Source of the DNA: Lachnospiraceae bacterium
Lineage (GTDB): Bacteria; Bacillota; Clostridia; Lachnospirales; Lachnospiraceae
NCBI GenBank assembly: GCA_030536455.1
Contig: JAUNPZ010000001.1
Coordinates: forward strand, 5,811-65,627
DNA length: 59,817 bases
Reading direction: 5' to 3'
In this document: one piece after another, positions 51,087-59,817 of the stretch
How positions within the stretch are numbered: the first letter of the stretch is position 1
Layout of the letters: each line of letters opens with the position of its first letter
Position numbers and translations under genes: made by a program
The notes under the pieces: generated by a model
Seen by the model: only the letters and a program-made list of their open reading frames with translations
Told to the model about the DNA's origin: nothing
The model's database searches: none

Positions 51087-52480
51087 TTTACGCCCTCTCT
51101 GGTATCCTTCAGGACAATTCCCATATCCAGAAGCTTTCCTCTGATTTCATCTGCCAGAGCAAAGTTCTTATCCTTTCTTGCCTGCTGTCTGGCCGCAATC
51201 AGATTCTCCACCTCTTCGTCCAGGACCTCTTTCTTCTTCTCGGTCAGAATACCCAGAACATCGCAGAGCTTCTGAATCTCATTCTTTAACAGGTCCACAT
51301 AAGCCCTGCTGCTTTCCTCGGAAGCGGTGGTATTGGCCAGCTTCACAATCTCAAACAGAGCCGAGATGGCATCCGCGGTATTAAAATCATCATCCATAGC
51401 GGCCTCATACTTCTCCACCAGGGCATTCAGAGCCTTCTCCTGCTCCAGCTCCTCTGCGGTAAGCACATCGCCGGATGCTTTGCCGGAAAGCTCGGTGATC
51501 CGCTCCATCGCCGTCAGGATTCGGTCCAGACCGTTCTTGGAGGCCTCCATCAGGTCCGCGCTGAAGTTTAGCGGACTCCGGTAGTGGGCGCTCAGCATAA
51601 AGAAACGAAGCACCTGTAAATCATACTTCTCGCTGATTTCCCGAACTGTAAAGAAGTTGCCTAAGGATTTGGACATCTTCTTATTATCAATATTTAAAAA
51701 TGCATTATGCATCCAGTAGGTCGCAAACTGCTTTTCGTTCGCCGCCTCGCTCTGGGCAATCTCATTCTCATGGTGCGGGAAGATTAAGTCCTCGCCGCCT
51801 GCATGGATATCAATCTGCTCGCCCAGGTACTTCTTGGACATCACGGAGCACTCGATGTGCCAGCCCGGACGGCCCTCACACCATGGGGATACCCAGAAAG
51901 GCTCCCCTTCCTTTTTCGGCTTCCAGAGCACGAAATCATTGGCATCCTCCTTGCCGTCCTCACCGGTTACCTTGATTTCACGGAAACCGGACTGTAAATC
52001 CTCCAGATTCTTGTGAGACAGCTTTCCATACTCCTTAAAGGACTTTACACGGAAGTAAACGGTGCCGTCTGCCGCCGCATAGGCATGGCCCTTGTCAATC
52101 AGGGTCTGAATCATCTCCAGCATGCCGCAGATCTCCTCGGTTGCCAGCGGATGCTTGGTAGCCGGCTTCACATTCATGCCGGCCATATCCTTCTTGCACT
52201 CCTCGATGTAGCGCTTGGAGATGGTGTCGGCATCCACGCCTTCCTCGATGGCCTTTTTGATAATCTTATCATCCACATCCGTAAAGTTGGATACGAAATT
52301 CACATCATAGCCCTTGTACTCAAAGTAACGGCGCACGGTATCAAATACAATCATCGGGCGGGCATTTCCGATGTGAATAAAGTTGTAAACCGTCGGGCCG
52401 CACACATACATCTTCACCTTTCCAGGCTCTAACGGCACAAATTCTTCTTTTCGTCTGCTTAACGTATTAAAAATTTTCAT
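51071..52480 (-). CDS. cysS: Cysteine-tRNA ligase
   Basis: CGPTVY, HIGN, GRPGWHIEC, KMSKS. Confidence 0.98.
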   Translation of the reverse strand: MKIFNTLSRRKEEFVPLEPGKVKMYVCGPTVYNFIHIGNARPMIVFDTVRRYFEYKGYDVNFVSNFTDVDDKIIKKAIEEGVDADTISKRYIEECKKDMAGMNVKPATKHPLATEEICGMLEMIQTLIDKGHAYAAADGTVYFRVKSFKEYGKLSHKNLEDLQSGFREIKVTGEDGKEDANDFVLWKPKKEGEPFWVSPWCEGRPGWHIECSVMSKKYLGEQIDIHAGGEDLIFPHHENEIAQSEAANEKQFATYWMHNAFLNIDNKKMSKSLGNFFTVREISEKYDLQVLRFFMLSAHYRSPLNFSADLMEASKNGLDRILTAMERITELSGKASGDVLTAEELEQEKALNALVEKYEAAMDDDFNTADAISALFEIVKLANTTASEESSRAYVDLLKNEIQKLCDVLGILTEKKKEVLDEEVENLIAARQQARKDKNFALADEIRGKLLDMGIVLKDTREGVKWSRA

Positions 52481-52554
52481 GATAATCTTTCCTCCAGTCT
52501 GCCTATGCGCTCTGACGCCGCGGCAGCTTTCTTCTCATTTCCCTATGCTTCTCC

Positions 52555-53166
52555 TTATGCTTCCTTCCCGTTCCCGCAGCAGCCCGGACAGGCTTCGCAG
52601 CCTCCCATACCTGCTCCGGCCGGAATCTCGGAATCCTCCGGACCGGCGAAAATGCGTTCCTCTCCGCCTTCCACATCATAATAGCAGTAATTTGCCACCT
52701 CTGTCAATAATACGATGGCCTGAGAAGAAATTCCTTCTCCGGACCCGGTAAATCCAAGCCCCTCCTCGGTGGTGGCCTTCACGCTGACCTGATTTGCCCG
52801 CAGTCCCAGAGCCGCCGCTATATTCTCCGCCATCTGAGGCCGGTACGCCGCCAGCTTGGGCCGCTGGGCGATGATCGTGGCGTCAATATTCTCAATCACA
52901 TAATGGTGTTCATCCAGAAGCTTTCCCACATGCTTTAAAAGCTGGATACTGGAAATCCCCTTGTAAGCCGGGTCCGTATCTGGAAAATGCTGCCCGATGT
53001 CGCCAAGAGCCGCCGCTCCTAACAGCGCATCCATCACTGCATGCACCAGCACATCCGCATCCGAATGTCCCAGAAGCCCTTTCTCATAAGGAATCTCCAC
53101 ACCGCCTAAAATGAGTTTTCTATCCTCAACCAATCGGTGTACATCATAGCCTTGTCCGATTCTCAT
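52555..53166 (-). CDS. ispF: 2-C-methyl-D-erythritol 2,4-cyclodiphosphate synthase with C-terminal extension
   Basis: [35 protein letters not shown]. Confidence 0.96.
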   Translation of the reverse strand: MRIGQGYDVHRLVEDRKLILGGVEIPYEKGLLGHSDADVLVHAVMDALLGAAALGDIGQHFPDTDPAYKGISSIQLLKHVGKLLDEHHYVIENIDATIIAQRPKLAAYRPQMAENIAAALGLRANQVSVKATTEEGLGFTGSGEGISSQAIVLLTEVANYCYYDVEGGEERIFAGPEDSEIPAGAGMGGCEACPGCCGNGKEA

Positions 53167-53245
53167 AATTTTTCTTTCTCCTTCTATCTTTAACAATTCT
53201 TTCTCTTCTTTATTACCGGTTCCGGCAGTTCCTTTTCCGCCCGCA

Positions 53246-54169
53246 TCACACAATCATCCGAATCTTCCTCTCGATGCATTCTGCCTGTATATCCGTCCAG
53301 GTTCCGCAGATTTCCCCATCCGCATGAACCGGCATCGGATTCTCCACATGGAAGGAAGCCTCCCGGCAGTCATAGATGCGGACCCCTTTCTTCCTCTTTT
53401 TCTCCTTCAGCAGAGCAGAAAGAAGAATCGGTATCAGCTTAAGCTTATTCTTCTGGCTGACTACGCAGACAGACAGCATCCCGTCCTTATAATCCGCCTT
53501 CGGAGCAAACAGGAAACCGCCTCCCTCGAAGGGATGAATATGCACCGATATAAAACAAATATGATTAAACTCAACCTTCTTCACGCCGTCCAGAATCAGG
53601 CAGCCCTTCGACGGCCTGGCCAGAATCAGCTGCTTGATTCCGATTACAATATAGCTTAGCTTACCCAGATGGACACGATTCAAACGCTTTCTGGTTGGAG
53701 ACTCTAAAAGATTGCTGCAGACTGCCGCATCCATCCCGATTCCGCTGCTGACCGCGAATCTCCGGTGCTCCGCTTCCTTTCCAAAGGTAATCACTCCGTA
53801 ATCCAGAAGCTGATGATGCTTCGGTGACAGAATCCGCTTCAGCCCCTTGACCGGATTGGACGGAAGCTTCAGACTCCTGGCCAAATCATTCCCGGAGCCG
53901 GCCGGAATATAGCCCAGGGTAATCATACCGCCAAATGCCAGACCGTCCAGGACTTCATTAAAGGTTCCATCGCCGCCTACCACTACGATGACCCTCGGCT
54001 CCCGGACGCCTTCCGTCAGTGACCGGGCCAGCATGCTGGCATCGCCGGCCTTCTCCGTCAGGTAGCACTCGTACTCCACCGCCTTCTGCTCCAACAGCTT
54101 TTTCAGTTTTTTCCATACCTTTTCGCCCCATCCGCACCGGGAATTGGGGTTCACGATAAAAAAGTACAT
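53246..54169 (-). CDS. Diacylglycerol kinase family lipid kinase
   Basis: [26 protein letters not shown]. Confidence 0.93.
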   Translation of the reverse strand: MYFFIVNPNSRCGWGEKVWKKLKKLLEQKAVEYECYLTEKAGDASMLARSLTEGVREPRVIVVVGGDGTFNEVLDGLAFGGMITLGYIPAGSGNDLARSLKLPSNPVKGLKRILSPKHHQLLDYGVITFGKEAEHRRFAVSSGIGMDAAVCSNLLESPTRKRLNRVHLGKLSYIVIGIKQLILARPSKGCLILDGVKKVEFNHICFISVHIHPFEGGGFLFAPKADYKDGMLSVCVVSQKNKLKLIPILLSALLKEKKRKKGVRIYDCREASFHVENPMPVHADGEICGTWTDIQAECIERKIRMIV

Positions 54170-54317
54170 GAACGGCCTCCTAAGTAGTAAATCCTAAAGT
54201 TAAGTATACCATATTTATATAGAAAAGTGACAGTAAACTTTTTATAAACCGTCTGAACATGTAAAAAAACGTAAAAAAATGTGTAAAAATATTTCTTTAA
54301 AAGTTTTCAAAAAAGTG

Positions 54318-54346
54318 TTGACAATTAAAACAATATAAGCTATACT
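54318..54346 (+). promoter_or_regulatory. Sigma-A promoter of first tRNA pair
   Basis: TTGACA-17 bp-TATACT with AT-rich upstream tract. Confidence 0.85.
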
Positions 54347-54379
54347 GATGAAGCAGTCGCGGTAAGCGATGCATATTAT

Positions 54380-54452
54380 GGGGTCTTAGCTCAGCTGGGA
54401 GAGCATCTGCCTTACAAGCAGAGGGTCATAGGTTCGAGCCCTATAGGCCCCA
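54380..54452 (+). tRNA. tRNA-Val(TAC)
   Basis: Cloverleaf, anticodon loop CT-TAC-AA, GGTTCGAG T-loop. Confidence 0.97.
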
Positions 54453-54459
54453 TATATCT

Positions 54460-54533
54460 GGCGGAATAGCTCAGCTGGCTAGAGCACGCGGTTCATACCC
54501 GCGGTGTCGTTGGTTCAAGTCCAATTTCCGCTA
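54460..54533 (+). tRNA. tRNA-Met(CAT), elongator type
   Basis: Anticodon loop TT-CAT-AC; lacks the initiator GGG/CCC stem. Confidence 0.93.
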
Positions 54534-54537
54534 CTGG

Positions 54538-54568
54538 AAAGAGAAATCAATCTGATTTCTCTTTTTTT
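54538..54568 (+). terminator. Intrinsic terminator
   Basis: AAAGAGAAATCA...TGATTTCTCTTT plus T tract. Confidence 0.85.
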
Positions 54569-54660
54569 GTATTCCGAAAAACAAAAAGATTCCGTCTCTG
54601 ACAAAAATCCGACTCCGACAAAATGCCAGGACAAAATTTTCGATTTCCAGCAAAAATCAG

Positions 54661-54689
54661 TTGACAAGCCCGGCAAGATACGCTATAAT
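54661..54689 (+). promoter_or_regulatory. Sigma-A promoter of second tRNA pair
   Basis: TTGACA-17 bp-TATAAT. Confidence 0.88.
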
Positions 54690-54722
54690 TGTGAAGCAGT
54701 CGCGGTAAGCGATACGCATTAT

Positions 54723-54795
54723 GGGGTCTTAGCTCAGCTGGGAGAGCATCTGCCTTACAAGCAGAGGGTCATAGGTTCGAGCCCTATAGGCCCCA
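54723..54795 (+). tRNA. tRNA-Val(TAC), second copy
   Basis: Identical to 54380-54452. Confidence 0.97.
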
Positions 54796-54802
54796 TATAT
54801 CT

Positions 54803-54876
54803 GGCGGAATAGCTCAGCTGGCTAGAGCACGCGGTTCATACCCGCGGTGTCGTTGGTTCAAGTCCAATTTCCGCTA
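54803..54876 (+). tRNA. tRNA-Met(CAT), second copy
   Basis: Identical to 54460-54533. Confidence 0.93.
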
Positions 54877-54878
54877 TG

Positions 54879-54912
54879 AAAAAGAGAAACCATTTCGGTT
54901 TCTCTTTTTTTC
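54879..54912. terminator. Bidirectional intrinsic terminator
   Basis: AAAAAGAGAAACC...GGTTTCTCTTTTT. Confidence 0.85.
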
Positions 54913-54915
54913 TGC

Positions 54916-56598
54916 CTACTCTTCTTTTTTTTCATTCTCTTCCTGATAAAGCTTCATGCGGCACTCTTTTCCCCAGAATGCAATCCCATATGCCGTCACC
55001 TGCCGGTATCCCCGCTCTACGCTTTGTTTGTACTTTTTTTCACGAATCTGTTCCAGCGCCTCTATACAATCCGCATCCATCCGTTTTTCCGAATCCGAAT
55101 GCTTCGCCTCTATCAAAATAGCCCTCCGGTTTTTCCGGTCTGTGATCACCACATCGGAACGTCCCAGCCCATCTTCATAATTCGATTTCACCATATATCC
55201 GGCTCCCGAAAAAATCCCGGCTATAAATGCATGATAATAGCTTTCCTTATAATCGTGGAAACTAATGGTATCGAATAAAATATCAGAAATCAGATTCATT
55301 GCCGTTTCTGCATCGCCGCTCCACAATGCATCGAAAAGTGGTTTTCGGTCTCTCAACTGTATGGAATCGTGAAACCAGTCCACAATCGCCGTTTTAAATA
55401 TGGATTTTACCTCCTCATTTGGAATTCGGAGGACCGCACGATTCCCATCATAGCCTCCGCCCTCCGCTAATGTCAGATAGCCGGTCAGATACAAAAGGCT
55501 CCATAAATTTTTTTCAGAGGAATTTAAGGTATCATAGGTTAATTCATCGGTAATTTCTTCCGTAATTGTCCCCCCGCTTAACAGCGTTTCAAACTTTTGA
55601 TTCACATCCAGCTCTTCCCGGCTGATAAACCGGTAAATCGCGCCATTATGGCTTGTGGAACCCCAATAGTTCTTCGGCTGCCGTCTGGGGTCTTCCTGAA
55701 GAGCCGACACATGATTCAAGACGTCCCACGGGCAGTAGACATTCACATCACCAAACCGGTATCCATCATACCAGCTTCGCATCTCCTCCATGTGCCCGGA
55801 AAATCCGGTGTCTTCCAGAATTCTCTTCACCTCTTCATCGGTAAACCCAATACATTCATTGAACCGGTCCCCTGTGATGGAATCCGTCACGAAATTATTA
55901 ATTCCGGTAAACAGGCTTTCCTTTGCAATTCTCAGACATCCCGTCACAACAGAAAATTTGAGATACTCATTTGTCTTTAATGCTTTTCCCAGCAGTCCGC
56001 GAAGCAGCTCCAGCATCTCCTTATAATAACCATTTTCACTTGCATTCGCCAATGGGACATCATATTCATCAATCAAAAGAATCGTCTGCTTCCCGTAATG
56101 CGCATTCAGCATCCTTGTAAGCGCATACAGGCTGTCCTTTACATTCGCCATACTGCTTGTCTGTGATTTCAGTTCCCGGAAAAGGACCTTATCATCCTCA
56201 TCTACCCGTTCGCTGGTTTCCAGAAACGTATATTTTTTGCAAAGCCCGGACAGCAGCACCTTAAGCATCCCATATGCATTTTCAAAGGAACTGCCCTCCA
56301 CGCTCTTTAAAGTCAGAAAAATAACCGGCCACTGATTCATCCACTGCTTCTTCAGCGCCTCATCCTCCGAGATTTTTAAACCGGCAAAATGTGACGTACT
56401 TTCCCGGCTGATATCAAAATAATCCTCCAGCATGCTCATCGTCAGAGTTTTTCCAAACCGCCGCGGCCTCGTGATTAAATTTGCTTTAAATTGTCTGCCC
56501 AAAAGGTCCTTTAAAAATTCCGTCTTATCTACATAATAATACTTTCCGTCACGCACTTCCGGAAAACTTTCAATGCCAAGCGGAAACATAATCGACAT
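54916..56598 (-). CDS. AAA-ATPase-like + PD-(D/E)XK nuclease domain protein
   Basis: YYVDKT, RPRRFGKT, LIDEYDVP, WYDGY, GRSDV...IEAK. Confidence 0.92.
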   Translation of the reverse strand: MSIMFPLGIESFPEVRDGKYYYVDKTEFLKDLLGRQFKANLITRPRRFGKTLTMSMLEDYFDISRESTSHFAGLKISEDEALKKQWMNQWPVIFLTLKSVEGSSFENAYGMLKVLLSGLCKKYTFLETSERVDEDDKVLFRELKSQTSSMANVKDSLYALTRMLNAHYGKQTILLIDEYDVPLANASENGYYKEMLELLRGLLGKALKTNEYLKFSVVTGCLRIAKESLFTGINNFVTDSITGDRFNECIGFTDEEVKRILEDTGFSGHMEEMRSWYDGYRFGDVNVYCPWDVLNHVSALQEDPRRQPKNYWGSTSHNGAIYRFISREELDVNQKFETLLSGGTITEEITDELTYDTLNSSEKNLWSLLYLTGYLTLAEGGGYDGNRAVLRIPNEEVKSIFKTAIVDWFHDSIQLRDRKPLFDALWSGDAETAMNLISDILFDTISFHDYKESYYHAFIAGIFSGAGYMVKSNYEDGLGRSDVVITDRKNRRAILIEAKHSDSEKRMDADCIEALEQIREKKYKQSVERGYRQVTAYGIAFWGKECRMKLYQEENEKKEE

Positions 56599-56701
56599 GT
56601 GCCGCACCCCCTTACCATCAATTTCTCTATTCACCTTATACTTATATTATCATAAGAAACGGGGGAAGACAACAAATCCATGCGTCTTCCCCCGCTCATT
56701 C

Positions 56702-57358
56702 CTACCCCAGCGCCTTCTGCGAAGCCTTCTTCTCCGCCAGGGACTCGCTGGTACCATAAATTACAAAATACAAAGCATACGCCATAATCGCAGAACCCAC
56801 ACCATCAATCACGGAATGCTGCTTTAAGAATACCGTTGCCAGGCAGATGGACACCGCCAGCACGAAGGAGCCAATCTGCAGCCATCTGTACTTCTTCAGC
56901 CGTTCACTTCTCGCAATCGCCACATGCGTACAGATGGAATTATACACATGGATGCTTGGAAATACATTCGTGCAGGTATCCGTCTGATACAGCGCCGCAA
57001 CCATGCGGGTAAACAGATTCTTCTCCGGGTCCACCACCGGGCGGAACGCCGTGCCATTATGGAAGAACGTACAGATAATCAGGCTGATGGTCATGCCCGT
57101 AAACAGGTAGACGCAGAGCTGATAGTACTCTTCCTTGCTGGTAAAGAAAAAGTATCCCACCGCCACAGCCACATAGGCAAACCAGAGCAGATAGGGAACG
57201 ATAAAATACTCATTAAATGGAATATAATCATCTAACGTCACATGCATGATATGATAGTTGGTTCTTACCTTCTGCTCCAGATAGAAAAACCAGGACAGAT
57301 AAACCAGCCCATACGATAAAATCCATATATGACCATATTTTTGAAGAAATTTCTTCAT
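56702..57358 (-). CDS. PAP2-family membrane phosphoesterase
   Basis: NVFPSIHV, KQHSVID, multiple TM segments. Confidence 0.88.
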   Translation of the reverse strand: MKKFLQKYGHIWILSYGLVYLSWFFYLEQKVRTNYHIMHVTLDDYIPFNEYFIVPYLLWFAYVAVAVGYFFFTSKEEYYQLCVYLFTGMTISLIICTFFHNGTAFRPVVDPEKNLFTRMVAALYQTDTCTNVFPSIHVYNSICTHVAIARSERLKKYRWLQIGSFVLAVSICLATVFLKQHSVIDGVGSAIMAYALYFVIYGTSESLAEKKASQKALG

Positions 57359-57623
57359 GGAAACCACCTTACCTTCTAAAAACCGGAAAATCCGGTTCAG
57401 CCAGAGAATACGCAATCATATTTCAAGGAGCGATTATAGCACAATCGGAAACCTTCTACAAGGGTGTTAATAATTTGTTAAGAAACATTTATATGTATTT
57501 TATGTAAAACATTTCTTTTTTATTCCCTGCAGCCTGCTCCAAACGTTAAAATACCTATAGAAAAAAAAACCGCTTCATGTTATGATAGGGCTAATACATA
57601 CTGAAAGAAGGGGGATTAATTTT

Positions 57624-58652
57624 GTGAAACTGCTATCTGTAGCCATTCCCTGCTACAATTCCGAAAGCTATATGAGACACTGCATTGAAACTCTGCTCAC
57701 CGGCGGTGAGGATGTGGAAATCCTGATTGTGGACGACGGCTCCACCAAAGACCGGACCGCAGAGATTGCTGATGAATACGAAACCCGGTATCCTTCTATC
57801 TGTAAGGCCATCCATCAGGAAAACGGCGGCCACGGAGAAGCGGTCAATGCCGGACTCCGGAACGCGTCCGGAACCTTTTTTAAAGTGGTAGACAGCGATG
57901 ACTGGGTAAATGAGGAGGCCTTCCAGGAGATTCTTAAGGTGCTCCGCCAGTATGAGACCTCCGAATCCGAGGAAGATACCCTGGATATGCTGGTCAGCAA
58001 CTTCGTCTACGAAAAGCAGGGGGCAAAGCGGAAAAAGGTGATGAACTACCGCACCGCCTTCCCGAAAAACGAGCTGTTCGGCTGGGAGGATGTCCGCTTC
58101 TTCATGAAGGGCCAGTACATCCTGATGCATTCCGTTATCTACCGCACCAGCATGCTCCGTGCCTGCGGCTTAGAGCTGCCAAAGCATACCTTTTATGTGG
58201 ATAATATCTTCGTCTACCAGCCGCTTCCTCATGTACGGAAGATGTACTACCTGGATGTAAATTTCTACCGCTATTTTATCGGCCGCGATGACCAGTCCGT
58301 GAATGAAAAGGTGATGATCGGCCGCATCGACCAGCAGCTTCGGGTAAACAAGCTGATGATCGGCTACTACGATGTGACGAAAATCCAGCCCCGGAAGCTG
58401 CGCCATTACATGACCCAGTATCTGGAAATTATGATGACCGTCTCCTCCATGCTGGCCATCCAGTCCAATGACCCGGTGAATTTCGCCAAGAAAAAGGAGC
58501 TGTGGCAGTACCTCCGCAAGGAGAACTTCCCGCTCTTCCTCCGCCTCCGCTGGGGCTTCCTAGGCCAGGGCGTAAACCTGCCGGGAAAGGGCGGCCGGAA
58601 GATATTCAGCGTCTGCTATAAGATTACGCAGAAGTTTTATGGATTTAACTAA
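57624..58652 (+). CDS. Glycosyltransferase family 2 protein
   Basis: IPCYNS, VDDGS, ENGGHG, VDSDDW; GTG start after AAGGGG. Confidence 0.93.
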   Translation: MKLLSVAIPCYNSESYMRHCIETLLTGGEDVEILIVDDGSTKDRTAEIADEYETRYPSICKAIHQENGGHGEAVNAGLRNASGTFFKVVDSDDWVNEEAFQEILKVLRQYETSESEEDTLDMLVSNFVYEKQGAKRKKVMNYRTAFPKNELFGWEDVRFFMKGQYILMHSVIYRTSMLRACGLELPKHTFYVDNIFVYQPLPHVRKMYYLDVNFYRYFIGRDDQSVNEKVMIGRIDQQLRVNKLMIGYYDVTKIQPRKLRHYMTQYLEIMMTVSSMLAIQSNDPVNFAKKKELWQYLRKENFPLFLRLRWGFLGQGVNLPGKGGRKIFSVCYKITQKFYGFN

Positions 58653-58855
58653 CTTTTTCCAGTCAGATTCCAAACCTCTGCTCCAAAGGAGATACCGGAA
58701 AACAGGTCCTGCCTTCCGGCATCTCTTTTTTATGCATCCATTTTCCCATACATCGCTTTCATGCATTCTCTTTCTTCATACGCTTCTCTCATTTCCAATA
58801 CATGATTTCACCTTTTCTGATTATATTATAGTAATTGCCCCAACAGGAGAATTTT

Positions 58856-59779
58856 ATGTATCCTTTCTTTCACGCACAGGAAATGCCGCCTCAAGGTTCC
58901 CGTCTCACTGCCAGAGACCAGGGACTTCTTCAGGTTCATGTGGTGTCCATTCAAAACAATTTTCCCATTCAAAACGCAGTGGTCAGCATCTCCCAGCCGT
59001 CAAACGGCGGCCGTATCCTGGAACAGCTCCGGACCAACAGTTCCGGACAGACGGAGGAAATCTCCCTTCCGGCCCCACCGGAGGACTTAAGCCTGGACCC
59101 GGCGGCCGCCACCGAAACCCGGCCTTATGCGGAATATGACCTGCAGATTGAAGCGCCCGGCTTCCAGCCCCTTTCCATCTCCGGCACGGAAATCCTTTCC
59201 GGCGCCACCGCCCTCCAGCCGGCTGTCCTGACGCCCCTGGACCAGGGAGCTCCGCCGGAGGCCAGTGTGGTCATCCCCGACCATACGCTCTATGGCATTT
59301 TCCCTCCGAAAATCCCGGAGCCGGAAATCCAGCCGGTAAGCGAAAGCGGTGAAATCGTCCTCAGCCGGGTGGTGGTGCCGGAAACGGTGGTGGTCCATGA
59401 CGGCGTACCGTCGGACCGCTCCGCCCCAAACTACTACGTCCCCTACCGGGATTATATTAAAAATGTCGCCTGCAGCGAAATCTACTCCACCTGGCCGGAA
59501 TCCGCCATCGTAGCCAATGTACTGGCCATCCTGTCCTTCACCATGAACCGGGTCTACACGGAATTCTACCGGAACCAGGGCTACGATTTCACCATCACCT
59601 CCTCCACCGCCTACGACCACAAATGGATTTACGGGCGCAATCTGTTCCAGAGCATCAGCCTGGTGGTGGATGAGATATTCGACAACTATTTATCCCGGCC
59701 GGAGGTGCGCCAGCCCATCCTGACCCAGTACTGCGACGGGAAACGGGTGCAGTGTAAAGGCTGGATGACCTTATTGTAA
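58856..59779 (+). CDS. sleC: SleC-like spore cortex-lytic enzyme, 5' part, truncated or interrupted
   Basis: LSRVVVPE, VVHDG, YIKNVACSEIYSTWP, TSSTAYDHK, QYCDG; ends GWMT-LL* with no peptidoglycan-binding domain. Confidence 0.8.
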   Translation: MYPFFHAQEMPPQGSRLTARDQGLLQVHVVSIQNNFPIQNAVVSISQPSNGGRILEQLRTNSSGQTEEISLPAPPEDLSLDPAAATETRPYAEYDLQIEAPGFQPLSISGTEILSGATALQPAVLTPLDQGAPPEASVVIPDHTLYGIFPPKIPEPEIQPVSESGEIVLSRVVVPETVVVHDGVPSDRSAPNYYVPYRDYIKNVACSEIYSTWPESAIVANVLAILSFTMNRVYTEFYRNQGYDFTITSSTAYDHKWIYGRNLFQSISLVVDEIFDNYLSRPEVRQPILTQYCDGKRVQCKGWMTLL

Positions 59780-59817
59780 GAGCGTATAAAGTTTTTCTCT
59801 TCCTATTTTAATAATCT

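Noticed and set aside
54380-54876. tRNA duplication as attL/attR of an integrated element
   Set aside because: Both copies are complete with their own promoters, only 343 bp apart, and no integrase is present
58735-58820. Pyrimidine-rich quasi-repeats upstream of sleC
   Set aside because: No consistent period or structure I can support

Overview
Chromosomal window from a spore-forming, moderately GC-rich Clostridia member (Lachnospiraceae-like; inferred from gene content). Left to right it contains: a nested palindromic element; a 13-gene, riboswitch-controlled anaerobic cobalamin operon with CbiK-CbiL and CbiJ-CbiE-CbiT fusions, bracketed by a 55-bp direct repeat; glgX-glgC-glgD; a TetR-controlled ABC-2 exporter with a visible promoter and operators; an AT-richer accessory block (methyltransferase remnant, two-component system with FtsX-type ABC transporter, AraC, AlbA/Schlafen protein); metabolic genes; a degenerate CptIN-type type III toxin-antitoxin locus (intact-looking promoter, 45-nt pseudoknot RNA and terminator, internally deleted toxin) leading into a GNAT and a GNAT-deaminase fusion; a compact type IV filament-like operon whose only ATPase is PilT-type, directly behind ispF-cysS-mrnC-rlmB; a duplicated tRNA-Val/tRNA-Met cassette; and a SleC-like gene that breaks off at the window end as if interrupted by an inserted element. 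All family calls come from motif recognition, not database searches. Start codons were re-picked by RBS where the ORF track overextends.
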